Below are positions 1 through 11,580 of a stretch of DNA of 57,276 nucleotides, in pieces (position 1 is the first letter of the stretch; the number at the start of each line of letters is the position of its first letter). The DNA is from Octopus bimaculoides (lineage: Eukaryota), in NCBI RefSeq assembly GCF_001194135.2, contig NC_069003.1, forward strand, positions 10,516,990 to 10,574,265. Direction: 5' to 3'. The translations under genes and the position numbers were made by a program. The notes under the pieces are model-generated. The model saw only the letters and a list, made by a program, of their open reading frames with translations, was not told the DNA's origin and made no database searches.

Positions 1-355
1 GGATAAAATCCAAAATTGCAGGTAAAAATTCAATTAAAATCAATATATAAAAAATTAAAATTAAATTGAGCTATATATATATATATACAATGAGCTTCTT
101 TCAGTTTCTGTCTACCAAATCTACTCACAAGGCTTTGGTCGGCTTGAGGCTATAGTAGAAGACACTTGCCCAAGGTACTTACCACACAGCCACTCCTGCA
201 CCTACAACAGGCTTCTTTCAGTTTCTGTTTTCCAAATCCACTCACAAGGCTTTGGTTGGCCTGAGGCCATTGTAGAAGACACTCGCCCAATGTATCACAC
301 AGTGGACAGCCTGGAATCATGGGGTTGGAAAGCAAGCTTCTTACCACACACCCAA

Positions 356-392
<37 letters not shown>

Positions 393-440
393 GTAAACTT
401 ATCAGTAGAAATACAAATATAGCAAATTTAATTATTCTTC

Positions 441-506
441 TGTAGATTGAAAAACTGCCTTAATCAATTTTGAAGCCTTATTGGCTTCTCATCAGTGCTG
501 TCTACA
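441..506 (-). ncRNA. Degenerate type I hammerhead ribozyme motif
   Basis: Minus strand: UGUAGAcagca-CUGAUGA-GAAGCC aauaa GGCUUC-AAAA(for GAAA)UUGAUUA...UCUACA. Perfect 6-bp stem II and a distal stem I helix UGUAGA/UCUACA. G12 appears mutated to A (CpG context); proximal stem I is poor. Confidence 0.55.
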
Positions 507-1154
507 TCATTTGACTAATCCCAAAGAAATAAGCAGCCAACCGGTTTATATACTCTACAAATCCAGTCGCTACAGAGAACTGGGATGGATAATTTGCATG
601 TGTTTAACACTTTATTCAATATCAGCAACGTGTCGATGGGGATCTCAGTCCACATACACAAACACATTAACTACGAGTGGAATTATAGAGAAGTCTATTG
701 TGTACGAGTGTGTGTGTGAGTGTACCTCATGACTTGAAATCCTGAGATAATTACAAATGAGCATCACTACCATATAAGTGGTGTCCTTGTTGCTAGGTTT
801 GTGGAGACTTGTCTGTTCATGAGCAAATATCATCTTGCTTTTGTCAGTTGAGTGTTGGCAGCAGGAAGAGCGTCCAGCTACAGAGAATCCGACCCAATAA
901 ACTGTCTGACCTATGGAAGAAAGGGGCATTTGAAAGAGAGAGAGAGAAAGAATGTGTGTGTGTTTGTGCATGTGTGCATACATGCAATGTTATTGTTTCT
1001 TCCAGTCATGACCATCTTCCCTTTCTTTGACAGTAGAGTGTGATTCGAGGAATATTTGGCTGTTGCCTCTAGCAGGTAAAGCAACCATACGGAGGCTTCT
1101 ACAATGGCTCAGAATAGTATACACGGTATTGCAATGTTTAATAATATATTATAC

Positions 1155-1217
1155 ATATGTGTGTGTGTACATGTGTGTGTGTATGCGTACATGTATGTAT
1201 GTATATGTTTGCATATA

Positions 1218-1288
<71 letters not shown>
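1155..1288. repeat. (TG)n microsatellite (representative of many TG/CA tracts)
   Basis: Directly visible. Confidence 0.95.
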
Positions 1289-1805
1289 TGATGGTGTTTA
1301 TGCACTTAATTATGTCCTCTTGCTGATCTTCTGCAATGAAATATGGCCTTATGATGCTGCGATGAAAGGATGTGATTATCTTTGGAAAGTTGATAAAAAT
1401 CAACTGTTTCTATGACGAAGAAAAACCTGAAACTGGCCGGCTTCCATTAATATTCTCTCTTCTGGAGTGGAGGTGGAGGTGGTCACTATTGGTATTTTGC
1501 TTTAGACAAGATTATACACACTGGCCATCTGCGTCTGGCAAAGGTTATACTGTGTGTGTGCATGTATACACAAATATATATATATATTTGAAACATATGT
1601 AGGAATAAAGTATGCAATTATAACATGCGTTTTCTCCAATCCTTAAATTCTTAAATATACTCAAATACCCAAAATTTCAAGGAGTTCCTGCCTTAAAAAC
1701 AGGAACTAAACCACAGTTATTTTGTGTTCTTTGCTACATTGGTTTCTATTAACCCATTGATTCTATCAGAAGAATTTTTATTCATTAAGATAGAAGAAAT
1801 ACACA

Positions 1806-1809
<4 letters not shown>

Positions 1810-1885
<76 letters not shown>
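1810..1885. repeat. (TA)n microsatellite (representative; others at about 42675-42740, 43957-44030, 46000-46180)
   Basis: Directly visible. Confidence 0.95.
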
Positions 1886-1888
<3 letters not shown>

Positions 1889-2354
1889 GCACACACGCAC
1901 ATGTATATATTCATTTGTAGCTCCATGTGTGTTTGTAGTGTCTTCATTGCAAAGCAGCTCTTGGTATATATACATATATATACATGTGATGTGTGCATCT
2001 TGAGTGTATACATGTGTATATGTGCATATTGAGTGTATGCATGTATGTATGCAGTTGTGTGCCTGTTGTGAATTTGTATTTGTTTGTGAGTCTATGCATG
2101 AATATGTATGTGTCTAGTTTTGTATGATGAATTTTTGTCAGAATAAATGAGGATTGTGTGTGTGTGTGTGTATGTGAGATGGTGTCTAATTCTATGTTTA
2201 TCAAATTCATCTTTCGATATTAAGTTTTGTCAAGTAAAAAAATGTTGTTTTAGTTGTTGTTGTTGATGCTGTTGGTATTACTTGTATAATGAGGTATACA
2301 ACATATCCATACTTCAGTAGTTATATGGTGCAACTAACAAAATCTTGTTACCCC

Positions 2355-2414
<60 letters not shown>

Positions 2415-3646
2415 CATGCACACAAATGTGTATGCATGTGTTAGTTGATGTATGAGTGTATAAACAAGCAAACTTGCTTTTGTGCATTTGTGTATGTGTG
2501 TGTGTATTTGCATATGTGTGTGTGTGTGTGTATTTGCATATGTGTGTGTGTGTGTGTGTGTGTACACTATATCACACAGTATGCAAGATTTCTAATGACA
2601 TTTCGTTTCCGTATATTTGACACTGAGAATGAAGGAGAGAGAGGGGGGGGGGAAAGAGTGAGAGGTGGGTAGAGACAGCATGAGATTGAGGTAGAGGAGG
2701 AGGTTGGATTTTCCACATCACATCACAACACATAAAGCAGAAATATCCATCCATTCAAGATAAATGAAGGTGATGATACAAGGTGGTGGTGGTGGTGGTG
2801 GCAACGGTGGAAGTGGTGGGAGGTAGAATTTGTTTGGCGTGATGCTAGTGTTTCAGTTAGATTTATAGAATTAGTGATATTTTCTCCTACACAAACTGGT
2901 GGAAGAATGCAGGGAATGGTGTCAACATGCAATGCCCGCTGGAGTTCCTTACGTGGGAAAAGGGCCGGTTGGGGGTGGGATGTTATAACTGAGGAGGCCA
3001 ATTTACAACCATGTGGTGTCGTACTTGATGCCACTGTTGTGCAGTCACTGGGGCAAGTCATAGCCTGATCAATTTTGAGTATTGATCGTGCTGCAATAAC
3101 TGTGCATATGCTCCCTGTGAGCATAAAAATGTGTACTGTCATGCATGCACTAAAGTGCTCTAGCATGGTCACAGTCCATGAGTGAAACTAGTAAAAAGAA
3201 TAAAGGATTGAGAGCTAAGTTACGAGGAATGTTGTGGTATATATATGTCTTTCTTTCTCTAGAGTAAGTGGGGACAGGTTCCAACTGTGAAAGAGGAAGT
3301 GAATTCTAAACTCCCTTTGCATTAGAACTTAGATGATCACTTTTATAAGATGACAGATTCCAGTGAATAGATCTAGCATGCCTCTGATTGCAAGTCTGTG
3401 TGTGTATGTAAATATATGTGTGTGGGTGCTTGTTAGTGTTTGTATGTATGTATGTTTGTAATTCAACACTCATTATTTAAACAGTGAATAACAAACTCTT
3501 AAAGATGTCAGTATGAAAACAGCCTTTAAGTGAAAAACTCCTATCAAAGTCACATTTTGTAAGCTTATAAACATCTAATCATTAAAGTGGAAAAATTATC
3601 AGAAAAGCCATTTCTATTCATTTTTGCAAATATGTATACACACATA

Positions 3647-3860
3647 AGGCAGCGAGCTGGCAGAAACGTTTGCATGCCGGGCGAAATGCTTAGCGGTATT
3701 TCGTCTATCTTTACGTTCTGAGTTCAAATTCCGCTGAAGTTGACTTTGCCTTTCATCCTTTCTGGGTCGATAAATTAAGTACCTTTTGCATACTGGGGTC
3801 AATCTAATCGACTGGTCCCCTCCCCAAAAATTTTGGGCCTTGTGCCTACAGTAGAAAAGA
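3647..3860 (+). mobile_element. SINE family C with central GCCTTTCATCCTTT..GGTCGATAAATTAAGTACC domain (Meta/MESC-like)
   Basis: Representative copy; many more at about 7700-7800, 15550-15770, 25740-26305, 30230-30530 and 47143-47570. Meta/MESC assignment is from recalled consensus, not checked. Confidence 0.7.
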
Positions 3861-4456
3861 AATATGTCTCTTTAATTTTTAGTGCAGGAGGCATCAGTAA
3901 GCTAGACTTGTAGGGTTAACTAATGTATATCATGAAAATGGGAAACTGGAAGAGGGGGGAACCACAATCTGACAGCTGGTTTTGCTTAGTACTACCCATT
4001 GTGGGCTGACTGATGACAGCAGTTGAATTCTCATCACAGAACTGTCACTGATAGTGATATCATAAGCAACAGCACTATGTTCAATGTCAGCAACAACAGC
4101 AGGAGTAGCAGGAATAAACTTAATATACCTTAAGCTCTGAGCACACAAATACAACCTACAACTACATCCCTACACACACACACACACACACACCTACATC
4201 TTCATATGTACCACTTACATTAGACTTAATCTTTTATTCTTTTGCTTGTTTCAATCATTTGACTGCAGCCATGCTGGAGCACCACCTTTAGTCAAACAAA
4301 TCGACCTCAGGCTTATTCTTTGTAAGCCTAGTACTTATTCTAAAAGTCCCTTTTGTCAAACCGCTAGGTGACGGGGACATAAACACACCAACATTGGTTG
4401 ACAAGCGAAGGTGGGGGTACAAACACAAACACATGCATACATACATACATACATAC

Positions 4457-4537
<81 letters not shown>

Positions 4538-4638
4538 CACACACGCACACACATATATATATATATATACACACACGCACACACATATATACACACACAC
4601 ACACATATATACACACACACACACACACATATATATAC

Positions 4639-5262
4639 NNNNNNNNNNNNNNNNNNNNNNNNNNNNNNNNNNNNNNNNNNNNNNNNNNNNNNNNNNNNNN
4701 NNNNNNNNNNNNNNNNNNNNNNNNNNNNNNNNNNNNNNNNNNNNNNNNNNNNNNNNNNNNNNNNNNNNNNNNNNNNNNNNNNNNNNNNNNNNNNNNNNNN
4801 NNNNNNNNNNNNNNNNNNNNNNNNNNNNNNNNNNNNNNNNNNNNNNNNNNNNNNNNNNNNNNNNNNNNNNNNNNNNNNNNNNNNNNNNNNNNNNNNNNNN
4901 NNNNNNNNNNNNNNNNNNNNNNNNNNNNNNNNNNNNNNNNNNNNNNNNNNNNNNNNNNNNNNNNNNNNNNNNNNNNNNNNNNNNNNNNNNNNNNNNNNNN
5001 NNNNNNNNNNNNNNNNNNNNNNNNNNNNNNNNNNNNNNNNNNNNNNNNNNNNNNNNNNNNNNNNNNNNNNNNNNNNNNNNNNNNNNNNNNNNNNNNNNNN
5101 NNNNNNNNNNNNNNNNNNNNNNNNNNNNNNNNNNNNNNNNNNNNNNNNNNNNNNNNNNNNNNNNNNNNNNNNNNNNNNNNNNNNNNNNNNNNNNNNNNNN
5201 NNNNNNNNNNNNNNNNNNNNNNNNNNNNNNNNNNNNNNNNNNNNNNNNNNNNNNNNNNNNNN
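4639..5262. other. Assembly gap; others at 10041-10124, 21166-21213, 21809-22294, 24813-24849, 29337-30036, 33127-33407, 34290-35035, 41439-41850, 44826-45658, 50220-50461
   Basis: N runs, mostly flanked by microsatellites. Confidence 1.
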
Positions 5263-5490
5263 GAATCATCTAACCACGAAAAATAAGTTCTCAGTAAAAA
5301 TTTAGCGACATTGAGAACTTATTTTTCGTGGTTAGATGATTCGGCATCTATTTCTAGCATATAGGAGTCCACTTTTGCTGGTCATTCCTCTTATTTTTGT
5401 ATGTAATATAATTTTAATCTTCGGATTTTTTTAATATGCTAGACAACTGGTTTTAATTGATTAATATCAATTTCTACCCTTATTAATAAA
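5263..5490. repeat. Repeat family F copy beginning with a perfect 31-bp inverted repeat
   Basis: GAATCATCTAACCACGAAAAATAAGTTCTCA (5263-5293) / RC (5312-5342). The body matches 7077-7205. Confidence 0.8.
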
Positions 5491-6095
5491 TGTTATATAT
5501 ATATATATATATATATACATACATACATACATACATACAGCAATGTACAACTCCCATTACTCATAAAAGTTACAATAATTCAGGCCCTGGCTCGAGGAAT
5601 GTCATGTCATAAATCACGGTTTCATGCTTTCGCTATAATCTAAATACAAAGGTGGGGGTAGAGGGACATGAAAAATAAATAAAATAAATAAATAAAGACA
5701 AAAAACAACAGGCAAAGTTTTCAAGAGGAGTCAAAATCATTTTTAAATGTTGCATAGGTGGGATAAACGGATGTGATCACTTGGTTGAACTAGAAACCAC
5801 AAAGGAAACATTTCAAATCACAAAGGAAATATTTTTTGGAAATACAAAGCTTCAGACGGAAGCTACGTTACATTCTTCAACAGTGGTAATGAGTGACAGG
5901 ATGTCATGCCAAAGTCATTGGGTTGCATCAAGAATAATGTTTAACGATACTTATATATGTAGACATTTTAGGTAACTAATATGCATAAAGACATATTTGA
6001 ATAAGACGGACTAAAATCTGGCATTTTTGTCATTCATAATTACCGTCATTATCATCATCATTCAACATCCATATCCCATGCTGTTATACATTGAA

Positions 6096-6480
6096 TGTGG
6101 AGGCCCAATGGCCCAGTGGTTAGGGCAGTGGACTCGCAATCATAGGATCGTGGTTTTGATTCCCAGACCGGGCGTTGTGAGTGTTTATTGAGCGAAAACA
6201 CCTAAAGCTCCACGAGGCTCCGGCAGGGGATGGTGGCGAACCCTGCTGTACTCTTTCACCACAACTTTCTCTCACTCTTACTTCCTGTTTCTGTTGTGCC
6301 TGTAATTCAAAGGGCCAGCCTTGTCACACTGTGTCACGCTGAATATCCCTGAGAACTACGTTAAGGGTACACGTGTCTGTGGAGTGCTCAGTCACTTGCA
6401 CGTTAATTTTACAAGCAGGCTGTTCCGTTGATCGGATCAACTGGAACCCTCGACATCGTAAGCGACGGAGTGCCAACAAT
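6096..6480 (+). mobile_element. tRNA-derived SINE, family A, full length
   Basis: A-box TGGCCCAGTGGTTAGG and B-box-like GGTTTTGATTCCC, followed by a body shared with 9047-9436 (-) and 28237-28583 (+). Confidence 0.85.
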
Positions 6481-6990
6481 ATATTGAATGGTTCAACAGT
6501 ATCCAATGAGCCAGAGACCTGCATTTAGATCCAGTGTCTGCTTTGATATGGTTTCTGTGGTTGAATGCCCTCCCTGATGTCAAACATTATAGTGTGTATT
6601 GGGTGCCTTTTTTGTGCCACTGGTACTAGGGAGGTCGGCAAGTAACTTGCAAGACATCTTAACCATTTAGCATTTAAACCAGCCATACTCGACCAAAATG
6701 TTCCAACTGTTTTATGTTCAAACCAGTCAGATCTGGCCTCTCGCACCTATCTTACACTGTCATTCTAAAAGTAAGCAATCACTTCATCAAAATCTCCAAG
6801 CTATGAGTTAATGTATGATTAGTTCAAAACAACATGAATAAATAAGTATTATATAGGCGCAAGCATGATTGTGTGGTTCCAGGTTCAGTCCCACTGCATG
6901 GTACCTTGGGCAAATGTCTTCTACTATAGCCTCAGGCTGACCAAAGCCTTGTGAGTGGATTTCGTAGAGAGAAACTGAAAGAAGCCCATC

Positions 6991-7025
<35 letters not shown>

Positions 7026-7026
7026 T

Positions 7027-7205
7027 ATACAAAATTAAGAGGAATGACCATTAAAGTAGACGCTTAATATGCTAAACATATTAGGCGTCCACTTTAGGGT
7101 CATTCCTCTTAATTTTGTATGTAACACAATTTTTAATCTTCAAATTTTTTAAATATGCTAAGCCACTGGTTTTAATTGATTAATATCAATTTCTACCCTT
7201 ATTAT
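7027..7205. repeat. Repeat family F copy beginning with a 45-bp fold-back
   Basis: 7027-7071 is the reverse complement of 7077-7120 with about 4 differences and a 5-nt loop. Confidence 0.8.
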
Positions 7206-9046
7206 TTAATTACATATATATATATATAGGAAAATAAAAAATAATAATAATAATAAGGCAGAATGCTAAACTGAAAGCATATTTTAATATAGATGTGCAT
7301 AAGGAGGATTACAAAGGATTTCTAACCGGTTTTCATTGCATGGCAAATGTTTAAGAAGAGGGGAAATGAAAATAATGTTTTTTACAAAAATATAAAAAAT
7401 ATATAAAATAATAAATATACCAATACATTATATTGTTTTTGAGTTTTTAAAGTTCAATGGTAATCCATGTAGATAATTGTTAGATAGATTAGGATGCATG
7501 GAATTAAGAATCATGTTGTGTTTAAAAAAGGCTGAGAGTTTATGTGTTAAATAGGAAGTGTGGTGTCAAAACAGGAAGTGTGTGTAAGGGAAGACAATTC
7601 TGTGGGTTTTATACTCTCTAGTTGGAGGAAGTTTATGTCTGTTCTTAGAGAAACAAGAAGTAAATTTATATGTATTTCAATGGGTAGGCGAGAGAAGTTG
7701 AACTCAGTGGAATTTGAACCGAGAACGCAGAGACAGGCAAAAATGATCCTAAGCATTTTGCTTGATGTGCTAATGATTCTACTAGCTTACCGTCTTCCCC
7801 ACACACAAACCAATAAAAGGATTGTCAGTTTAGCATGGGTCACATGGTAAACTGCACCTCCTGCTACCCACATACTTTACATACGTATCAATCCCCAACA
7901 AAATAAGAAAGGATCAAATCTCATCCTCTTTCTCTCTCTCTCTCTCTCTCTCTGTATTCACTACTACAGAGCTGTTTAATAGATCAAGAAATAAAGGTAT
8001 GTTTCCTATTCTTTCTAAATAGGTTAACTCACAACAAAAGCCATTGATAATCACAATGACTTTTCACTTTTTCTTCTTTAGAATATATTTTGTTCTTTAT
8101 GTCATGTATATTTGTGAATAATAATGTCATCGGTTATATGTTTACGCCTCATGGAGGTGAGGTGGATGAGTTCCTTTCGAGTGGGCCTCACAGAGGCAAA
8201 GTGGCTGAGCTCCTTTCAAGTGTTGGGCCTCATGGAGTGGCACAAAGAAAAAGGCGCTCGAGACACACTGTAAAGAGACTGGTGGGCATCCAACCACAGA
8301 ACAGGTACCAAAGCTAACCCTGGAGCCTTGACGCAATCCCACGGTTCGCTGGATCCCGTTAAACCATGCCAGCATGGAGAACACAACTATGATGACGACA
8401 ATGATGATGATGATGATAATGACGATTATGATGATGATGATGATGATGATGATGATAATGATGATTATGATGATGATGATGAATGCAACCATGATGTCTT
8501 ACAGTTTTTATTTTGTTCTGATCTCACTTTATTTTGAATCAAATCCTGTTGTGGTCACATTTACCTTTCAACAGGTGGGGGAGAAGTAAGGGATATGAAT
8601 AAACTAAGCACTAGTCCACTGATTTAATCTTTCACTACCTCTTCCCCCACTCCACCCCCACAGTACTGCACTTTTAATTGATTAAACAGTTATTAATTAT
8701 CTACATCATGTGACCCCGACCCATTGTCTGATCTTCAGAGAACTTTAATGCTTATGGCCTACATTTTTGACCATATCTATGTGACAACGTTTGTCTAATC
8801 AGTGGAGCATCGAACAAAGACACCTTGTGCTATTTTCATTACATCCGTCTACTTACTGCAGTTAATGAAGTAAACACCAACCAGAAACTGGAGTTGATCT
8901 AATCTACCGTTTCCTTCATCGAGAGTTTATTTCTTGTTCCTTTCTGAGCATCCTTTACTACATATTGGCACCATAATAAAATGTAACCAGTACATTCTTG
9001 GAAATGGGTCTGCACTAGGAAGGGCACCATCCAGCTGTAACATTCA

Positions 9047-9436
9047 TTGTTGTTGTTGGCACTCCGTCGCTTACGACATAGAGGGTTCCAGTTGATCCGA
9101 CCAACAGAACAGCCTGCTCGTGAAATTAACGTGCAAGTGGTTGAGCACTCCACAGACATGTGTACCCTTAACGTAGTTCTTGGGGATATTCAGCGTGACA
9201 CAGTGTGACAAGGCTGACCCTTTGAATTACAGGCACAACAGAAACAGGAAGTAAGAGTGAGAGAAAGTTGTGGTGAAAGAGTACAGCAGGGTTTGCTACC
9301 ATCCCCTGCCGGAACCTCGTGGAGCTTTTAGGTGTTTTTGCTCAATAAACACTCACAACACCCTGTCTGGGAATCGAAACCACGATCCTATGACCACGAG
9401 TCCGCTGCCCTAACCACTGGGCCATTGCGCCTCCAC
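9047..9436 (-). mobile_element. tRNA-derived SINE, family A, full length
   Basis: Reverse complement of 6096-6480, with a (CAA)n tail. Confidence 0.85.
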
Positions 9437-9851
9437 TATAACACTCATATCAAGGATGGAATGTACAAGTGAGACTTGGTCCCTGATTTCTCAAGGACAG
9501 TACTACATATACTCGTGGGAAGGTCAAACTTTTGTTTACCAAAAATTTTGATAAAAATCAGGGGTGTGACCTATTCACTTGACATCATAGGGATCTGAAG
9601 CTGACGGTGGTATATCAATAGTCCAGGCAGTGTGCACCTTGGGCCTGGGCTTCAGTTTTCAAGTTGTTACGGAAACATTTTTGTGGTGTCTGTTTACCAG
9701 GAAACCAGAAGTCTGCATATTGGTCTTTTTTGACAATATCGATTCCTTCTGATTTTTAGTTTAAAATTTTTAATACAGTTCTATATTTAAGAGATGAGGA
9801 ATTATTTACATTATTTACATTTGACGGATATTTGTCCTCATCTTGTTTGTT

Positions 9852-9892
9852 AACACAACGTTTCGGCTGATATACCCTCCAGCCTTCGTCAG
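9852..9892 (-). ncRNA. Hammerhead ribozyme motif, left arm of inverted mini-element
   Basis: Minus strand: CUGACGA-A-GGCUG gagggUauau CAGCC-GAAAC-GUU-GUGUU. Core and 3' strand intact; 5' strand of stem I is absent because the arm starts at the core C. Confidence 0.75.
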
Positions 9893-9996
9893 ATTCAGAG
9901 TTCGATTCACGGCAGCAACCTGATTAATAATAATAATAATAATATAATAATAGTAACATCGTTAGGAACGAGAACCCAGGTTCGAAATTTCCCCAA

Positions 9997-10040
9997 GACA
10001 CCTGACGAAGGCTGGAGGGTATATCAGCCGAAACGTGTTA
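9997..10040 (+). ncRNA. Hammerhead ribozyme motif, right arm of inverted mini-element
   Basis: GACAC-CTGACGA-A-GGCTG gagggtatat CAGCC-GAAAC-GT.. GACAC would pair with the GUGUU seen in the left arm. This copy lacks 3 nt after GAAACGT, immediately before an N gap. Confidence 0.75.
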
Positions 10041-10531
10041 NNNNNNNNNNNNNNNNNNNNNNNNNNNNNNNNNNNNNNNNNNNNNNNNNNNNNNNNNNNN
10101 NNNNNNNNNNNNNNNNNNNNNNNNAAATATCCGTCAAATGTAAATAATGTAAATAATGTAAAATTTTTAATAATTACTAAACCCTAATCATGAGTAAGAG
10201 AAAGAGTTATTTAGTAGGTTTTAAGTTGAAAGTGGTGGATTATGCAGAAGAAGAACATGGAAACAGATCTGATGATAATGAAGAATTTTTGAGTTTCAAT
10301 TCTGATGAAGTTTAATAACTATAAAAAAATGAATAAACACTTTTCGTATATAACATTTTCTTCCGTTGTTTGTAATTCTAGACATTTTTCTTTTCAAGTA
10401 GATACTTATTGATTTTTTTTTTTGTGGAGTTGATTTATCAATTAGAGTACTTTTATAATGTCACTTCTACAAAAATATTTTAATATTTGTAAGCAAATTT
10501 TTGAAATAGAGGTGATTATTTGATAATACTT

Positions 10532-10701
10532 GTAGTTTGTCTGTTGATGTGACGAAGACCATCTAGTCATCCTGGGGTGGGGTGGGCCTTTTTTGTGAGT
10601 CCGTAGATGGCTAGTGAGGCCAATCTGTGCCTGAAAGAGTCTTTGACAGTGTGGACAGGGAATGGTAGCGCCTGCTACAGGGTTGTCAGCTCTGTTCTTC
10701 C
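10532..10701 (-). mobile_element. 5'-truncated RTE-clade LINE 3' end with C2H2 zinc finger, 12-bp TSD
   Basis: Minus strand encodes RKNRADNPVAGATIPCPHCQRLFQAQIGLTSHLRTH. Flanked by TTGATAATACTT at 10520-10531 and 10702-10713. Confidence 0.75.
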
Positions 10702-11359
10702 TTGATAATACTTAAGAAATATTAGTTAAATTTACGTTAAAACAGGGCCATGTGACTCCCTATATTACAGTGGAACCTATCTGTGAGTCAGCTACAAATA
10801 CCTACTTTGACGACCCCAAGAAAGGGTGTGACTTACCCACAAGTATATACAGTAACTCCAAATAAGACTCAGACAATGATGACTCGTATAACCCATGCTA
10901 GCATCAAAAAGTTGGCATAAAGACAATGGTTCTGGTACTGCTGGTGGTGGTAATTCATAAAACAGTTGTAAATACCTGTCGTGTTCATTACAGAATGTCT
11001 CCATTGACAGTAAAAGAGGAATTGTAAACATGACAGGGGTCTATAACTCTCAAAACCTATTGATATACTCCATAGTAAAGATTAGTACAATATAATAAAG
11101 TACCACTCAAGTTCTGGGACTGACGTCATCAACAAGCCCCCTCCCCTCAAAATTACCAGTTTTATGCCTAAACTGGAAATAATTATTAACATATAGGCAC
11201 AAGTGTGGTTGTGTGGTTAAAAAGCTTGCTTCCCAATCACATGGTCTCCAGTTCAGTCTCACTGTATATTACCCTGGGCAAATTTCTTTTACTATAGCCC
11301 TAGGGCAACCAAAGTCTTCAGTGGATTTGATAGATAAAAACTGAAAGAAGCCCATCATG

Positions 11360-11580
11360 TATGAGGAGGCGATGAAAAGTTTCTGGCTTTGGGTGAAAGA
11401 AAATACAGGAGGATCAATTAATTATGATTTTACTCAATATATTTCCCTCTCAGATTTGCACACATATTGCAGCAGTCCTTCAGTTTTTCTAAGCCCTGTA
11501 AAAGAACTCGGAAGGTTGGGTCTTCAACCAGGCCTTTTGCGATACCCTTAAAGCCAGGATCTTTTCAACACCCTCTCGTA
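11360..11580 (-). mobile_element. Mariner-like MITE (221 bp), inserted at a TA inside a SINE
   Basis: TIRs TATGAGGAGGCGATGAAAAGTTTCTGGCTTT / AAAGCCAGGATCTTTTCAACACCCTCTCGTA with TA ends. Reverse complement of the copy at 13091-13311. Confidence 0.8.

Larger units (their letters stand above)
9776..10158. mobile_element. Fold-back mini-element with two outward-facing hammerheads (truncated Penelope-like pLTR pair), 14-bp TSD
   Basis: Arms 9776-9892 and 10002-10158 are reverse complements across a small N gap. Flanked by direct repeat TAAAATTTTTAATA at 9762-9775 and 10159-10172. Confidence 0.75.
9501..10854 (+). mobile_element. Internally deleted pogo/Tigger-like DNA transposon carrying two nested insertions
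   Basis: Imperfect TIRs TACTACATATACTCGTGGGAAGGTCAAAC (9501) and RC of AGGGTGTGACTTACCCACAAGTATATACAGTA (to 10854), with TA ends. Mini-ORF 10190-10315 MSKRKSYLVGFKLKVVDYAEEEHGNR-SDDNEEFLSFNSDEV* looks like the N-terminal Brinker-type HTH start fused to the acidic C-terminal tail of pogo transposases. Confidence 0.65.

Noticed and set aside
1027-2032. CVCV/YIYI/HTHT-rich ORFs throughout the window
   Set aside because: Translations of (TG)n and (TA)n microsatellites.
2723-4154. Non-repeat ORFs 2723-3172 and 3930-4154 (also 38802-39215 and 49400-49600) as downstream exons
   Set aside because: No PX or Nexin_C motifs and no convincing paired splice sites in any frame examined.
4288-5305. Long ORFs (250-350 aa) spanning N gaps, here and at 21740-22370, 29238-30175, 34074-35121, 41293-41907 and 44640-45741
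   Set aside because: They are open only because N codons contain no stops; the flanks are microsatellites or SINEs.
6096-6170. tRNA-like sequences at SINE heads (also 9360-9436, 26730-26803, 28237-28310)
   Set aside because: A and B boxes run into a shared SINE body with no acceptor-stem closure, so they are not tRNA genes.
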